Below are positions 1-9,698 of a stretch of 56,744 nt of DNA, piece by piece; position 1 is the first letter of the stretch, and each line of letters starts with the position of its first letter. The DNA lies in IMG/VR virus record IMGVR_UViG_3300020381_001070, positions 1 through 56,744 of that record; one strand, written 5' to 3'. Source of the DNA: a virus. Its lineage: Duplodnaviria > Caudoviricetes. The notes below the pieces were generated by a model that did not search any database, was not told the origin of the DNA, and saw only the letters and a list, made by a program, of their open reading frames with translations. The position numbers were made by a program, and so were the translations under genes.

Positions 1-1191
1 GAATATTATGAAAAAATGCAAGGTGGTGCGTATGCTCACAAGTTTGAAGACGCAGGCGAGGGACACATGAGCAAATCAACACTATACCACACTGTGAAGT
101 ATGCAATACAATTGATGGACATGATCAAAAAAGGTGATGACCTTGAAGGTTGGGTGCAGAGCAAATTGAACAAAGCGGCGGACTACCTACAGGGTGCGGC
201 CAACTACGAAGAATATCAAAGACTAAATCCATACAGAGAAGAATTAGACAACAACTTGATGCAAAAACATGCTGAAGTAATACAAAGAAATATTGATGAA
301 ATATTAGACAAAGAAACCAAATTGGATGACATTGATACCAAACCAGGCATGATGCGTATATTGGCAAAAAGAGTAAACGAAGTTGAAAAAGAAATTGCCA
401 AAGAAACACGTAAACAAAACGAAGGTAAGATGAGTGATATAGATGCTGACATGAAAACACTATCTGATGAACAGTTTATGCAAAAATACAAAAAGTCAAA
501 AGAACAAATGAAAAAGGACTTGAACGAAGACGGACATATGGATGTGCCTAGTGCTATTAGAAACTGCGAAACAATTATTGAAGATGCCATGCAGATGAAA
601 CAGAAATTAGAAACAATGCAAGGCGAACTGCCAAGTTGGATGACGCAGATGATTGCAGTTGCGGCTAGTGATTTAAATGACGCAAGAGACTACCTTCTGA
701 ATCCCACAACAGAAAGTGGTATCATGTATAGAGCAGGTGTCAAAAAATACGGTAAAAAAGGCATGACAGCAATACAAAGTGCGGCAGGCAAAGGTGCGTC
801 ACATCAAGAAATTGGAAAAATTAAAGACAAGTATGTCAAAGACGACGAACAGTTTGACGAAGGGCTCAAAGATTGGGCTAAAGGACTTGCGGCGGCAGGA
901 GTAATTGTAGGTGCAGTAGCAGGTATGGGTTCAATCAACGATGCCATAGACAATTCAGTGCCTGCAATTAAGGCTATGAACAACGCATTAGAAATGGCAC
1001 AAGATGCTGGCAATGACGAACTTGCTAAAATGATAGAACAAGACCTTAGAGATGCCAAATTAAGATTAGACACAGGTAAAGATCTAAACCAAGTAAAATT
1101 TTTACAGGACAAATACAGCAAATTTATGCCAACGGAAGGCTTGGCATATGAGTCAAAACTTGCTATACAGCTAAATCAACGCCTTAAATAA
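1..1191 (+). CDS. Probable head-internal/scaffold-like phage protein, 5'-truncated, with two diverged helical repeats
   Basis: Frame is open from base 1 (EYYEK before M at 16). Repeats DLEGWVQSKLNKAADYL and ELPSWMTQMIAVAASDL..DYL. Several x-x-E|G/S/D sites resemble T4-type prohead protease cleavage sites. Confidence 0.45.
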   Translation, partial: EYYEKMQGGAYAHKFEDAGEGHMSKSTLYHTVKYAIQLMDMIKKGDDLEGWVQSKLNKAADYLQGAANYEEYQRLNPYREELDNNLMQKHAEVIQRNIDEILDKETKLDDIDTKPGMMRILAKRVNEVEKEIAKETRKQNEGKMSDIDADMKTLSDEQFMQKYKKSKEQMKKDLNEDGHMDVPSAIRNCETIIEDAMQMKQKLETMQGELPSWMTQMIAVAASDLNDARDYLLNPTTESGIMYRAGVKKYGKKGMTAIQSAAGKGASHQEIGKIKDKYVKDDEQFDEGLKDWAKGLAAAGVIVGAVAGMGSINDAIDNSVPAIKAMNNALEMAQDAGNDELAKMIEQDLRDAKLRLDTGKDLNQVKFLQDKYSKFMPTEGLAYESKLAIQLNQRLK

Positions 1192-1203
1192 AGCTGAAAC
1201 AAA

Positions 1204-1211
1204 TATAAATA
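1204..1211 (+). promoter_or_regulatory. T4-type late promoter TATAAATA
   Basis: Exact T4 late consensus, 5 nt upstream of ATG 1217. Confidence 0.65.
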
Positions 1212-1216
1212 CTTAG

Positions 1217-2047
1217 ATGGCACGTAAAGAATCAAAAGATAATAGTTTTGCAGACCTTGTTGCTCGTTTGAAGGAAATGAGTAATGCATCTCCTGACCAG
1301 GAGAGAGCTGAGCTTATGGAGGCCGCAAACAAAGAGCCAAAAATTTTAGACGACAAAGATATTTCATTAGCTGATATTGCAAAATTAGCGGGTATTAAGG
1401 AGTACACAGAACAACCAAAAGTGTCACCTAAAGCAGAAAAACTAGTTGAATCAATTACAAAAAGTGAATCAAGTATTACCAAAGCTATTAAAGAATCTGA
1501 TGCTGATGATTCTATTTCTACAAGTATAAAAAAAGCTGTATCTGAAGAAACAAATAGATTAGACAAAATTGCTGAACTGGAAGCACAATTAGCAGAACTA
1601 AAAACAGAACAGAAAGACGAACAAACATATGACGCAAAATCATTTAGAGAAATTGTTGGAAAAGATATGCAAGAATATATTGCAAACGCAAACGAAAATG
1701 AACTTGTTGAACTATACAACGCTGTCTCAGACAATGAAGCAGTTTACAATGAAGAATCATCAAACATTTTGGTCACAACACCAGAAACAGCAGAAATGAT
1801 TGCAGATGCTGAAAAGGCTGAACAACCAGAAGAAGAAGTTGTAGCTGAAAAAGATGACGACGGTGTGGAACACACACACGACGATGGCACAAAACATTCG
1901 CACAAAGATGGTGACAAAGACCATACTCATGACAAAGACACAGAAGGCACGCCAAATTCTACTGTTCCATTAGAAGACGCAGGCGAAGATGTAGAACTAG
2001 AAGCACCTAAAGATAACTTTACAAACGATCTAGATCCAAAAAAATAG
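1217..2047 (+). CDS. Acidic coiled-coil protein with His-rich tract (scaffold/internal protein-like)
   Basis: Very E/D/K-rich; HTHDDGTKHSHKDGDKDHTHD; late promoter upstream. Confidence 0.4.
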   Translation: MARKESKDNSFADLVARLKEMSNASPDQERAELMEAANKEPKILDDKDISLADIAKLAGIKEYTEQPKVSPKAEKLVESITKSESSITKAIKESDADDSISTSIKKAVSEETNRLDKIAELEAQLAELKTEQKDEQTYDAKSFREIVGKDMQEYIANANENELVELYNAVSDNEAVYNEESSNILVTTPETAEMIADAEKAEQPEEEVVAEKDDDGVEHTHDDGTKHSHKDGDKDHTHDKDTEGTPNSTVPLEDAGEDVELEAPKDNFTNDLDPKK

Positions 2048-2059
2048 ATAATTACGTGT

Positions 2060-2701
2060 ATGCGATTACACGTTACAAATAATAAATTTAATCCTAATCC
2101 GTGCTACAGTGAAAGCATAACTAATATCTCTACTCTCCCTCCAGTTGAAAGTGTTGCTCTGTTTGATCAAAATGGTTATGATCTAACAAAACTAGAACAA
2201 TCGTATGCTATGGCTAATAGACATCATCTTACTATTCATAGAAACAAAGATCATATTACACTAAGACAAGATTGGTTTATTGATGATAATCCAGATACTG
2301 GGCCTCACATAAATCATGCCTACATGTTTGAAAGAAAAGGGTTTCAAGGCGATGCATTGAAACAATTAAGTGAATGGGCAAAAAATAATAGTCACCTGTA
2401 TAAATTAATTGCAATGAAACCAAAGTGGGGACTTGATTTTTCTATAGATTATTGTGATACAAATGGAAATGTATTTGAAGTATTACATTGGGAATTTGAT
2501 GGATTTAATTATCAAGAAATAGCGGATAAAAAAGATCTAATGGATGAATTTTTATTAGCACAAGATTGGGCACATGCATCTCAAAAAATACTAGAAAAAA
2601 AATCTGAATGGCATCATTTAGGATTTTTTGAACAGAGTGCTTGGAAAACAAAATATTTTGGTGTTGATAAAGAACGTTTTAAGATGGTTCTATGGAAATA
2701 A
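2060..2701 (+). CDS. Hypothetical phage protein, paralogue of 4228..4875
   Basis: Shared motifs GPHIN(H/N)A, LYKL..M(K/R)PKWGL.F..DYCD..GN.FE. Confidence 0.6.
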   Translation: MRLHVTNNKFNPNPCYSESITNISTLPPVESVALFDQNGYDLTKLEQSYAMANRHHLTIHRNKDHITLRQDWFIDDNPDTGPHINHAYMFERKGFQGDALKQLSEWAKNNSHLYKLIAMKPKWGLDFSIDYCDTNGNVFEVLHWEFDGFNYQEIADKKDLMDEFLLAQDWAHASQKILEKKSEWHHLGFFEQSAWKTKYFGVDKERFKMVLWK

Positions 2702-2710
2702 ATAATTACA

Positions 2711-3262
2711 ATGAGTAGTATACCTTACAATTATAGAGAATACCTGGATGACGTTACTAAAATGCGTCAAAGAGGTCATATTGATTCTGGTGAACAAATG
2801 CAATCGCCGTCAAGTGCTGGTAGTCGTGGGCTTGCCAAACTAGATAAATTTACAAGAGATGCAAACCAATTTATGAAAGCAAACATAAATGAAAGTGCAA
2901 CTAGAGAATATCAAAATTTACCAAAAGATAAAATTGAAGAATTGCGAAAGAAATATTTGCCTGATTGGGAATACAAAGATAATAGTTTACAAAAGAGATA
3001 TAAGTTTGTAGATTACTTTGAAACAATTAAATTTTTAATAGACACAGTAAAGCCTCAGGAAGAATTAGATCATCATGCAGATATTGCAATTTTTTATGAT
3101 GAAGTTTTGGTAAAAATTTATACTCATAGAACCAACGATGTCACAGACTTTGATTTCAAAGTGGCAGTACAAATGGATAATATAGCAAAAGCCAAACACG
3201 GTGCTATTGATCCAAGTTATGATCTTGATAGTCTTGTGAACAACACAAAAAATAATTCCTAA
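2711..3262 (+). CDS. Pterin-4-alpha-carbinolamine dehydratase (PCD/PhhB) domain protein with N-terminal extension
   Basis: LPDW...L.KRYKF.DY...E.LDHHADI...Y..V.VKIYTH....VT..D...A..MD matches the PCD fold, including HH and TH catalytic His. Confidence 0.8.
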   Translation: MSSIPYNYREYLDDVTKMRQRGHIDSGEQMQSPSSAGSRGLAKLDKFTRDANQFMKANINESATREYQNLPKDKIEELRKKYLPDWEYKDNSLQKRYKFVDYFETIKFLIDTVKPQEELDHHADIAIFYDEVLVKIYTHRTNDVTDFDFKVAVQMDNIAKAKHGAIDPSYDLDSLVNNTKNNS

Positions 3263-3281
3263 TATTTTTTAAAATAAGTAC

Positions 3282-4223
3282 ATGCCTATGCAGGCTACAG
3301 ATATCAAAAAGTCATTTAACATGACAAATGATAAAACACGCAACTTATTCTACTACAAAGCCTTAGAGAATGTAGAAAACAAAGTGGTAATAGACGTTGG
3401 CTCTGGCACTGGAATATTGTCTGCCTACGCTTTACATCATGGGGCAAAATTTGTATATGCAATTGAAAGAGGTCAAAAGGAATCTATCATAGCTAAAAAA
3501 TTACTTGGAGAGAACTTTGATACAAAAAAATTTACTGTTTTAAATAAAGATTTTTGGAGTAAAGATATTTTTACAAACTTTCAACATGACATTGATATAT
3601 TAGTAAGTGAAACTATAAACTATGATGTAATAGGTGAAGGCATCCTAAAAACATGGCGACACGCAAAGCCAAATGTAAGTAGCCACTTCCAATGTGTGCC
3701 AAACACAATACAAATGGACGCTTTGATATATAAAAATCCAATGGAAAGATTCACATGGTTGAAACAAAAACTACAACTTATTCCAGAAAACCTTTTACAC
3801 AAAGGCTTTGCAAAATCGCTCCATGACATACATAAAAAAGTTTCTAATTCTACAACACAGCATTTTATGAATTTTCCAGTCCGTGATATGGTTTATTTTG
3901 ATAAAAAAATTGACAATGTGATAGATATAAGTTATGACAAATACAATGGAGAAAATATCACATTTGATTTAACAATAGATTGTCCATCTTTAATTGTATT
4001 AAGTGGAAAAATTTTATCTGGCAATAATATTTTACATCTGCATGATCCTAGTGCCACAACACACTGGAGTTCTGGATTGTCCTTTTATTTAAACACGGCA
4101 GGAACATACAAAGTAACCTTTATTGAAGATGCAAAAACAAATTTAGTAAAATGGACAAATGATGATGTAGCATCAAAGATATGGCCATATAATTGTTCAT
4201 GGGCATACAAATTAACTAATTAA
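3282..4223 (+). CDS. Class I SAM methyltransferase, PRMT-like (protein arginine MTase-like)
   Basis: M.ND..RN.FY..AL; VIDVGSGTGILS; GAKFVYAIE; DILVSE...GEG double-E-loop-like. Start may be 3288. Confidence 0.65.
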   Translation: MPMQATDIKKSFNMTNDKTRNLFYYKALENVENKVVIDVGSGTGILSAYALHHGAKFVYAIERGQKESIIAKKLLGENFDTKKFTVLNKDFWSKDIFTNFQHDIDILVSETINYDVIGEGILKTWRHAKPNVSSHFQCVPNTIQMDALIYKNPMERFTWLKQKLQLIPENLLHKGFAKSLHDIHKKVSNSTTQHFMNFPVRDMVYFDKKIDNVIDISYDKYNGENITFDLTIDCPSLIVLSGKILSGNNILHLHDPSATTHWSSGLSFYLNTAGTYKVTFIEDAKTNLVKWTNDDVASKIWPYNCSWAYKLTN

Positions 4224-4227
4224 AAAT

Positions 4228-4875
4228 ATGCAAATAAAAATTACAGATAGAGAGTTTGATCCCAGAGCAAACTATCAAAAACCTATTGAAGATAGAGCAG
4301 AAACAGACCAATGGTTTAAAAATTTATGGTCTCTTATTCATAATTTTGATTATCATGGCTTTGATCTTTCCAGAATAGAAAGACTCTACGCCAAAAAAAA
4401 TATGTTTGCTGTATCGGCTCATAGAGCTAACCATTGGTTTTTGCAAAAAGACTGGTTTTTGGAGGAAGGTCAGGAAACAGGTTCCAAAAAAGGCATTGAT
4501 AATGGCCCACATATAAACAATGCGATTCTACTACAAAGGCCAGCATATCAAGACGAAGCCATGGAACAACTAAAAAGATTTGCACAAAAATGTCCATTAT
4601 TATACAAATTGGCTAATATGCGACCAAAATGGGGATTACAATTCAACGTTGATTACTGTGATGCTCAAGGAAATAGTTTTGAATTAATTTCATTTAACTT
4701 TAGCACTAGTGAATATGAGGAAATACTAGAAGAAAAAACGAAAATGGAAAGTTGGCTGACCTCAATCGATTGGATTGAATCTAGTCATAAAATGCTTGAT
4801 CAAAAATCAGAATGGACAAATTTAGATATTGCCCAGCAAAATAATTGGAAAAAAACTTTTTTTGGACTCAATTAA
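4228..4875 (+). CDS. Hypothetical phage protein, paralogue of 2060..2701
   Basis: Collinear motif similarity to 2060..2701. Confidence 0.6.
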   Translation: MQIKITDREFDPRANYQKPIEDRAETDQWFKNLWSLIHNFDYHGFDLSRIERLYAKKNMFAVSAHRANHWFLQKDWFLEEGQETGSKKGIDNGPHINNAILLQRPAYQDEAMEQLKRFAQKCPLLYKLANMRPKWGLQFNVDYCDAQGNSFELISFNFSTSEYEEILEEKTKMESWLTSIDWIESSHKMLDQKSEWTNLDIAQQNNWKKTFFGLN

Positions 4876-4876
4876 G

Positions 4877-4905
4877 TTGCAATTATCACCAAATTATTAT
4901 ATACT
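4877..4905 (+). promoter_or_regulatory. Sigma70-type promoter TTGCAA-N17-TATACT
   Basis: Consensus spacing; AGGAG SD before ATG 4927. Confidence 0.55.
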
Positions 4906-4926
4906 TACAGACAACAAGGAGAATAT

Positions 4927-5184
4927 ATGGCAGTAAGAAACTTTAACGACGCAGAAAAACAAAAACTAATACAAATTATCTCACAAGGCTCACAAGTTTT
5001 AGGTGAAGTGGAAGATTTAAGAACAGGACTAAAAGACACAGTAAAAGCAATAGCTGAAGAACTAGAGCTTAAACCAGCTTTAATTAACAAGGCAATTTCC
5101 GTAGCACATAGAGGTAACTATCAAAATATTGCTGATGACATGGACACATTAGAAAGTATACTAAACACAGCCGGTAAACTTTAG
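4927..5184 (+). CDS. Small dsDNA-binding protein (T4 DsbA/GapR-like)
   Basis: 85 aa helical; E.EDL..GLKDT.K.IAEELELKP..INKAI pattern; upstream of the polymerase. Confidence 0.5.
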   Translation: MAVRNFNDAEKQKLIQIISQGSQVLGEVEDLRTGLKDTVKAIAEELELKPALINKAISVAHRGNYQNIADDMDTLESILNTAGKL

Positions 5185-5465
5185 TGTACAACTTACTCAA
5201 AGAATTTTGGGTAAAGAGTTACATCACAGATCCATTTGCTTTTTATCTTGAAATATTCTCGGTAATTGTAACCATATGTGGATCAGCGGTATTGACTTTT
5301 ACTTCACCACATCCTATAATGAACATAGTGTTTCCATTATACTGGCTAGGATCTAGCACCATGTGTTGGGCAGGATTTAGACGTAGGTTGGTTTGGATAT
5401 CATGCCTTACAGGTTGGTTTACAATAATGAACACAATAGGATTATACAAAGTATTCATACAATGA
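5184..5465 (+). CDS. Small membrane protein (about 3 TM)
   Basis: Three hydrophobic stretches; GTG start overlapping the previous stop. Confidence 0.55.
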   Translation: MYNLLKEFWVKSYITDPFAFYLEIFSVIVTICGSAVLTFTSPHPIMNIVFPLYWLGSSTMCWAGFRRRLVWISCLTGWFTIMNTIGLYKVFIQ

Positions 5466-8125
5466 GTTACATAGACGCCTTATATAAAAAAGACGAAGAT
5501 AAAATTTACGTTGTAGAACGTGATCCAAAAAAAGGTCGTGTATTTGTGGAGTATGATGCAAGATATGTTTTTTATTATCCAGACAGCAGAGGCAAGCACA
5601 GATCAACCACAGGCGAACAATTACAAAAAGTTACTTGTGCAACATCTAAGGAGTTCATCAAAGAACAACGTATTAGATCTAACAAATCTCTACACGAACA
5701 AGATATCAATCCAGTTTTTAGATGTTTAGAAGAGAATTATCTCGGTAAAGAAACTCCTAAATTGAACGTAATGTTTTTTGATATTGAGGTAGACTTTGAC
5801 CCTGATAGGGGTTATTCGACAACAGATGATCCGTTCATGCCCATTACTGCCATAAGTTGTTATATGGGATGGACGGATCAACTTGTCACACTTGCTGTTC
5901 CGCCTAAAACAATATCAATGCAGGAGGCAAAAGAACTAACAGAACGTTTTCCAAATACTATGTTATTTGATAAAGAAAAAGACATGCTTGATGCTTTTTT
6001 ACAACTAGTTGAAGATGCTGATATTTTGTCAGGATGGAACTCCGAAGGTTATGATATCCCTTACACAGTAGGAAGAATACAAAAAGTTCTCAGTTCTGAT
6101 GATACTAGACGTTTATGTTTTTGGGGAGAAAAACCAAAAAAAAGAACATTTGAAAAATATGGCAGAGAGCAGTTAAGTTATGATTTAATTGGGAGAGTGC
6201 ATTTAGATTTATTAGAACTGTACAGGAAATACACTTACGAAGAGCGACACAGTTTTAGATTGGATGCCATTGGTGAACATGAACTGGGCGAAAAGAAAAC
6301 TATATACGAGGGATCATTAGACAATTTGTATAAAAATGATTTTGGATTATTTATTGAGTACAACAGACAAGACACAAGCTTATTAGCTAAACTTGAAAAA
6401 AAATTAAAATTTATTGAACTAGCAAATGAAATAGCCCATCAAAATACAGTTCTACTACAGACAACAATGGGTGCAGTCGCAGTAACTGAACAAGCAATTG
6501 TTAATGAAGCACATAGACGAGGCATGATTGTGCCAGGAAGAAAATACAGAGACAAGCAAGCAGAACCAGTAACAGCGGCTGGTGCTTATGTGGCCACTCC
6601 AAAAAAAGGTTTACATGATTGGATAGGATCTATTGATATAAATTCGCTATATCCAAGTGTTATTAGAGCATTGAACATGGGTCCTGAAACTATTGTGGGA
6701 CAACTAAGACCTATAATAACTTCTGCAGAAGTAAACAGGGCGAAATCACAAAAAAAAAGTTTTGCAGCCGCATGGGATAACCAATTTGGTAGCTGGGAAT
6801 ATCAAGCAGTGATGAACAAAGAAAAAGGCACTGAAGTTCTAGTAGATTGGACAGACGGTACAAGTGTGAGAATGTCGGCGGCACAATTATATGATGTTGT
6901 GTTTGAAGCTAATAATAAATGGATGCTGAGTGCCAACGGTACGATATTTACATATGAATTTGAAGCAATTATTCCAGGACTTTTAAAGCGATGGTACGCA
7001 GAAAGAAAGGAAATGCAACGTAAAATGCATGATGCTGGTGATAATGAAATTGAAAAAGAATATTGGGACAAGAGACAACTGGTAAAAAAAATTAATTTAA
7101 ATAGTTTGTATGGAGCCATTTTAAATCCAGGTTGTAGATTTTTTGATATGAGAATAGGACAATCGGTCACACTTACAGGAAGATGTATTACAAAACACAT
7201 GGGTGCCAAAGTAAATGAAATAATAGGTGGCAAATATGATCATGTTGGTCAAAGCATTATATATGGTGATACTGACTCTGTGTACTTTTCAGCACATAAA
7301 ACACTTGCAAAGGAAATTGAGTCGGGATCAATACCATGGACCAAAGAGAGTGTTATAAGTTTATATGATAAAATTGCTGATGAGGTCAATACAACGTTTG
7401 CTAGCTATATGAATAAGGCATTTCATTGTCCTACAACAAGAGGTGCAGTGATAAAGGCAGGACGAGAGCTTGTGGCTTTGAAAGGACTGTTTATCACAAA
7501 AAAAAGATACGCAGTGTTATACTATGACAAAGAGGGTGAACGTGTTGATAAAACAGGTAAAGAAGGAAAAGTTAAAGCAATGGGTCTTGATTTGAAGAGA
7601 TCAGATACTCCTGTGTTTGTGCAAAACTTTTTAAGTGATGTTCTCTATAAAGTTTTAATTGGCAACACTGAGGAAGAAGTGCTTAAAGCAATATCTGAAT
7701 TCAGATCGGACTTCAAGGCTAGGCCTGGATGGGAAAAAGGATCTCCAAAACGTGCCAATAACGTAACCGACTATTGGGAAAAGGAAAAAAAACAAGGCAA
7801 AGCAAATATGCCAGGTCATGTTAGAGCAAGTATAAATTGGAACACATGTCGACAAATGTATGGTGACAAATATTCACTGCCTATCACTGATGGTGCAAAA
7901 GTAATTGTTTGTAAACTTAAGAACAATCCATTAAATTACACAAGCATAGCTTATCCTGTAGATGAATTACGTATTCCAGATTGGTTCAAAGACTTGCCTT
8001 TTGATTCTGAAGCAATGGAACAGACTATATTAGATCAAAAAATTGACAATCTGATAGGTGTACTGGATTGGGACGTGCAATCAACGGAGACCAGTAACAC
8101 GTTTAATAAATTATTTGAATTTTAA
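5462..8125 (+). CDS. polB: Family B DNA polymerase (T4 gp43-like) with 3'-5' exonuclease
   Basis: ExoI DIEVD, ExoII WNSEGYD, ExoIII YNRQD; motif A DINSLYPS, B KINLNSLYG, C YGDTDS, KKRYA. ATG 5462 overlaps the upstream stop. Confidence 0.97.
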   Translation: MSYIDALYKKDEDKIYVVERDPKKGRVFVEYDARYVFYYPDSRGKHRSTTGEQLQKVTCATSKEFIKEQRIRSNKSLHEQDINPVFRCLEENYLGKETPKLNVMFFDIEVDFDPDRGYSTTDDPFMPITAISCYMGWTDQLVTLAVPPKTISMQEAKELTERFPNTMLFDKEKDMLDAFLQLVEDADILSGWNSEGYDIPYTVGRIQKVLSSDDTRRLCFWGEKPKKRTFEKYGREQLSYDLIGRVHLDLLELYRKYTYEERHSFRLDAIGEHELGEKKTIYEGSLDNLYKNDFGLFIEYNRQDTSLLAKLEKKLKFIELANEIAHQNTVLLQTTMGAVAVTEQAIVNEAHRRGMIVPGRKYRDKQAEPVTAAGAYVATPKKGLHDWIGSIDINSLYPSVIRALNMGPETIVGQLRPIITSAEVNRAKSQKKSFAAAWDNQFGSWEYQAVMNKEKGTEVLVDWTDGTSVRMSAAQLYDVVFEANNKWMLSANGTIFTYEFEAIIPGLLKRWYAERKEMQRKMHDAGDNEIEKEYWDKRQLVKKINLNSLYGAILNPGCRFFDMRIGQSVTLTGRCITKHMGAKVNEIIGGKYDHVGQSIIYGDTDSVYFSAHKTLAKEIESGSIPWTKESVISLYDKIADEVNTTFASYMNKAFHCPTTRGAVIKAGRELVALKGLFITKKRYAVLYYDKEGERVDKTGKEGKVKAMGLDLKRSDTPVFVQNFLSDVLYKVLIGNTEEEVLKAISEFRSDFKARPGWEKGSPKRANNVTDYWEKEKKQGKANMPGHVRASINWNTCRQMYGDKYSLPITDGAKVIVCKLKNNPLNYTSIAYPVDELRIPDWFKDLPFDSEAMEQTILDQKIDNLIGVLDWDVQSTETSNTFNKLFEF

Positions 8126-8134
8126 ATACAAAAA

Positions 8135-8932
8135 ATGTTAAGCATTGAAGAAATAAAATTATTAATAGAAAAACTCGAAAAAGCCAAAGGCACAGACTTT
8201 CAAGAATTAATTGATAAAAATTTAAAAATTTTGAAAGATATTGAAATTGCTGTGGATGCTAACAACGAACTTGAAATTGATAAAATTGACAAACCGCGAG
8301 ACTGGTACGCAAAAGACCTTGAATTTAAAAAACAAAAACCTAATGTTGATGATCATTTATATAAACGTATTTGCACAAAAATTTACCAATTCAATAAAGA
8401 AAGCCTTTATAATTCATTGGAAATAGGGCCAGGTAATGGAATGTTTTCAAAAGAATTTAGGGGATGGACTACAAATTATTTTTTAGACGTACTACCTGAA
8501 ATAAAAGACAAAGTTTTTAGAAGGTTTAATCCATTACACCGTAAACACTTGAGGTTCCATTTGACTACTAAAACAGATTGCTCTGATATACCTAACGGAT
8601 CGTGTAATTTTGTGTTTAGTTGGGATACATTTGTGTTTTTTTCACAATTACATATTAGAGAATATCTACGTGATCTCAAAAGAGTCCTTATTCCAGGTGG
8701 GTATGGTTTTATACAATATGCTGATTGTCATTATGATTACGATTTAGCCATGGCTAAAAGAAATTATTGGAACTACAATACCAAAACAAAAATGGTTGGT
8801 ATGTTAAAAGCTACAGGCTACGAAGTAGTTGAAACTAACCAATTTGAACAAGGTGCAAACTATGTTATATTTAAACTTCCTGGTAAACAAAATCCGATTG
8901 TTTACAACATTAACGAAATTAATCTTGATTAA
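8135..8932 (+). CDS. Class I SAM-dependent methyltransferase
   Basis: LEIGPGNG; NFVFSWDTF; L.RVLIPGGYGFI. Confidence 0.8.
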   Translation: MLSIEEIKLLIEKLEKAKGTDFQELIDKNLKILKDIEIAVDANNELEIDKIDKPRDWYAKDLEFKKQKPNVDDHLYKRICTKIYQFNKESLYNSLEIGPGNGMFSKEFRGWTTNYFLDVLPEIKDKVFRRFNPLHRKHLRFHLTTKTDCSDIPNGSCNFVFSWDTFVFFSQLHIREYLRDLKRVLIPGGYGFIQYADCHYDYDLAMAKRNYWNYNTKTKMVGMLKATGYEVVETNQFEQGANYVIFKLPGKQNPIVYNINEINLD

Positions 8933-8953
8933 AATCTAAATAACCTATATAAT
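8925..8953 (+). promoter_or_regulatory. Sigma70-type promoter TTGATT-N17-TATAAT (leaderless)
   Basis: -10 ends 7 nt before ATG 8961; no SD. Confidence 0.6.
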
Positions 8954-8960
8954 ATTAACT

Positions 8961-9698
8961 ATGATAGATATCTTAAGAGACATAGTCAAGCATACGCACG
9001 GCTTGGGATTTTTGGATCTTGTTAAAATTACTGGTACCAGTAATGAAACTACAATTGATTCAATGGCTGAAGATAGATCAGTTATCTTGCAAGGATCATT
9101 TCACAAACCACAAACAGAGATGGACGGAACTTTTGGAATGCCACAACTAGGCAAACTAGATATTCATTTAAAATGTCCAGAGTACAAAGAGAAAGCTAAA
9201 ATAAGTGTGTTGAAAGGCACTAGAAATAGTGCTGAGGTTCCAACAGGCATTCACTTTGAAAACGAAAAAGGTGACTTCAAAAACGATTACAGATTTATGA
9301 ACGCTGAAATAATTAACGAAAAGCTTAAAACTGTAAAATTTAAAGGAGTTAAGTGGGACGTAGAAATTGAACCTACAGTAGCGAGTGTGCAAAGGTTCAA
9401 CTTTCAATCAATAGCAAACACTGAACACAATTCTTTTGTTGTAAGAACAGAGAATAATAATTTAGTATTCACTTTTGGCGACCAAGCGTCGCATGGTGGT
9501 GAATTTGTTTTTGCTAGTGATGTGAAAGGTACTCTAAATAAAGGGTGGAGTTGGCCTGTAGCACAGGTATTGCAAATACTGAAACTGAGTGATTCTGCCA
9601 AAGTAATGTTGCACTTTTCAAATGAAGGTGCAATGATGGTGACAGTTGATTCAGGTTTAGGCAAGTATCAATATATTATCCCAGCTCAGGCGCAGTAA
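8961..9698 (+). CDS. Putative DNA sliding clamp (gp45/PCNA-like)
   Basis: 245 aa; two-domain alpha/beta periodicity; PCNA-like C-terminal YQYIIPA; near polB. Confidence 0.55.
   Translation: MIDILRDIVKHTHGLGFLDLVKITGTSNETTIDSMAEDRSVILQGSFHKPQTEMDGTFGMPQLGKLDIHLKCPEYKEKAKISVLKGTRNSAEVPTGIHFENEKGDFKNDYRFMNAEIINEKLKTVKFKGVKWDVEIEPTVASVQRFNFQSIANTEHNSFVVRTENNNLVFTFGDQASHGGEFVFASDVKGTLNKGWSWPVAQVLQILKLSDSAKVMLHFSNEGAMMVTVDSGLGKYQYIIPAQAQ

Noticed and set aside
5393-5461. Longer N-termini given by the ORF track (5393 polB, 15674, 29985, 44004, 39944)
   Set aside because: They overlap upstream genes extensively; downstream ATGs with stop/start coupling, SD or promoter spacing are more plausible
5462-8125. 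Intein or intron in the DNA polymerase
   Set aside because: Length of about 887 aa with contiguous motifs; no Hint or homing endonuclease signature
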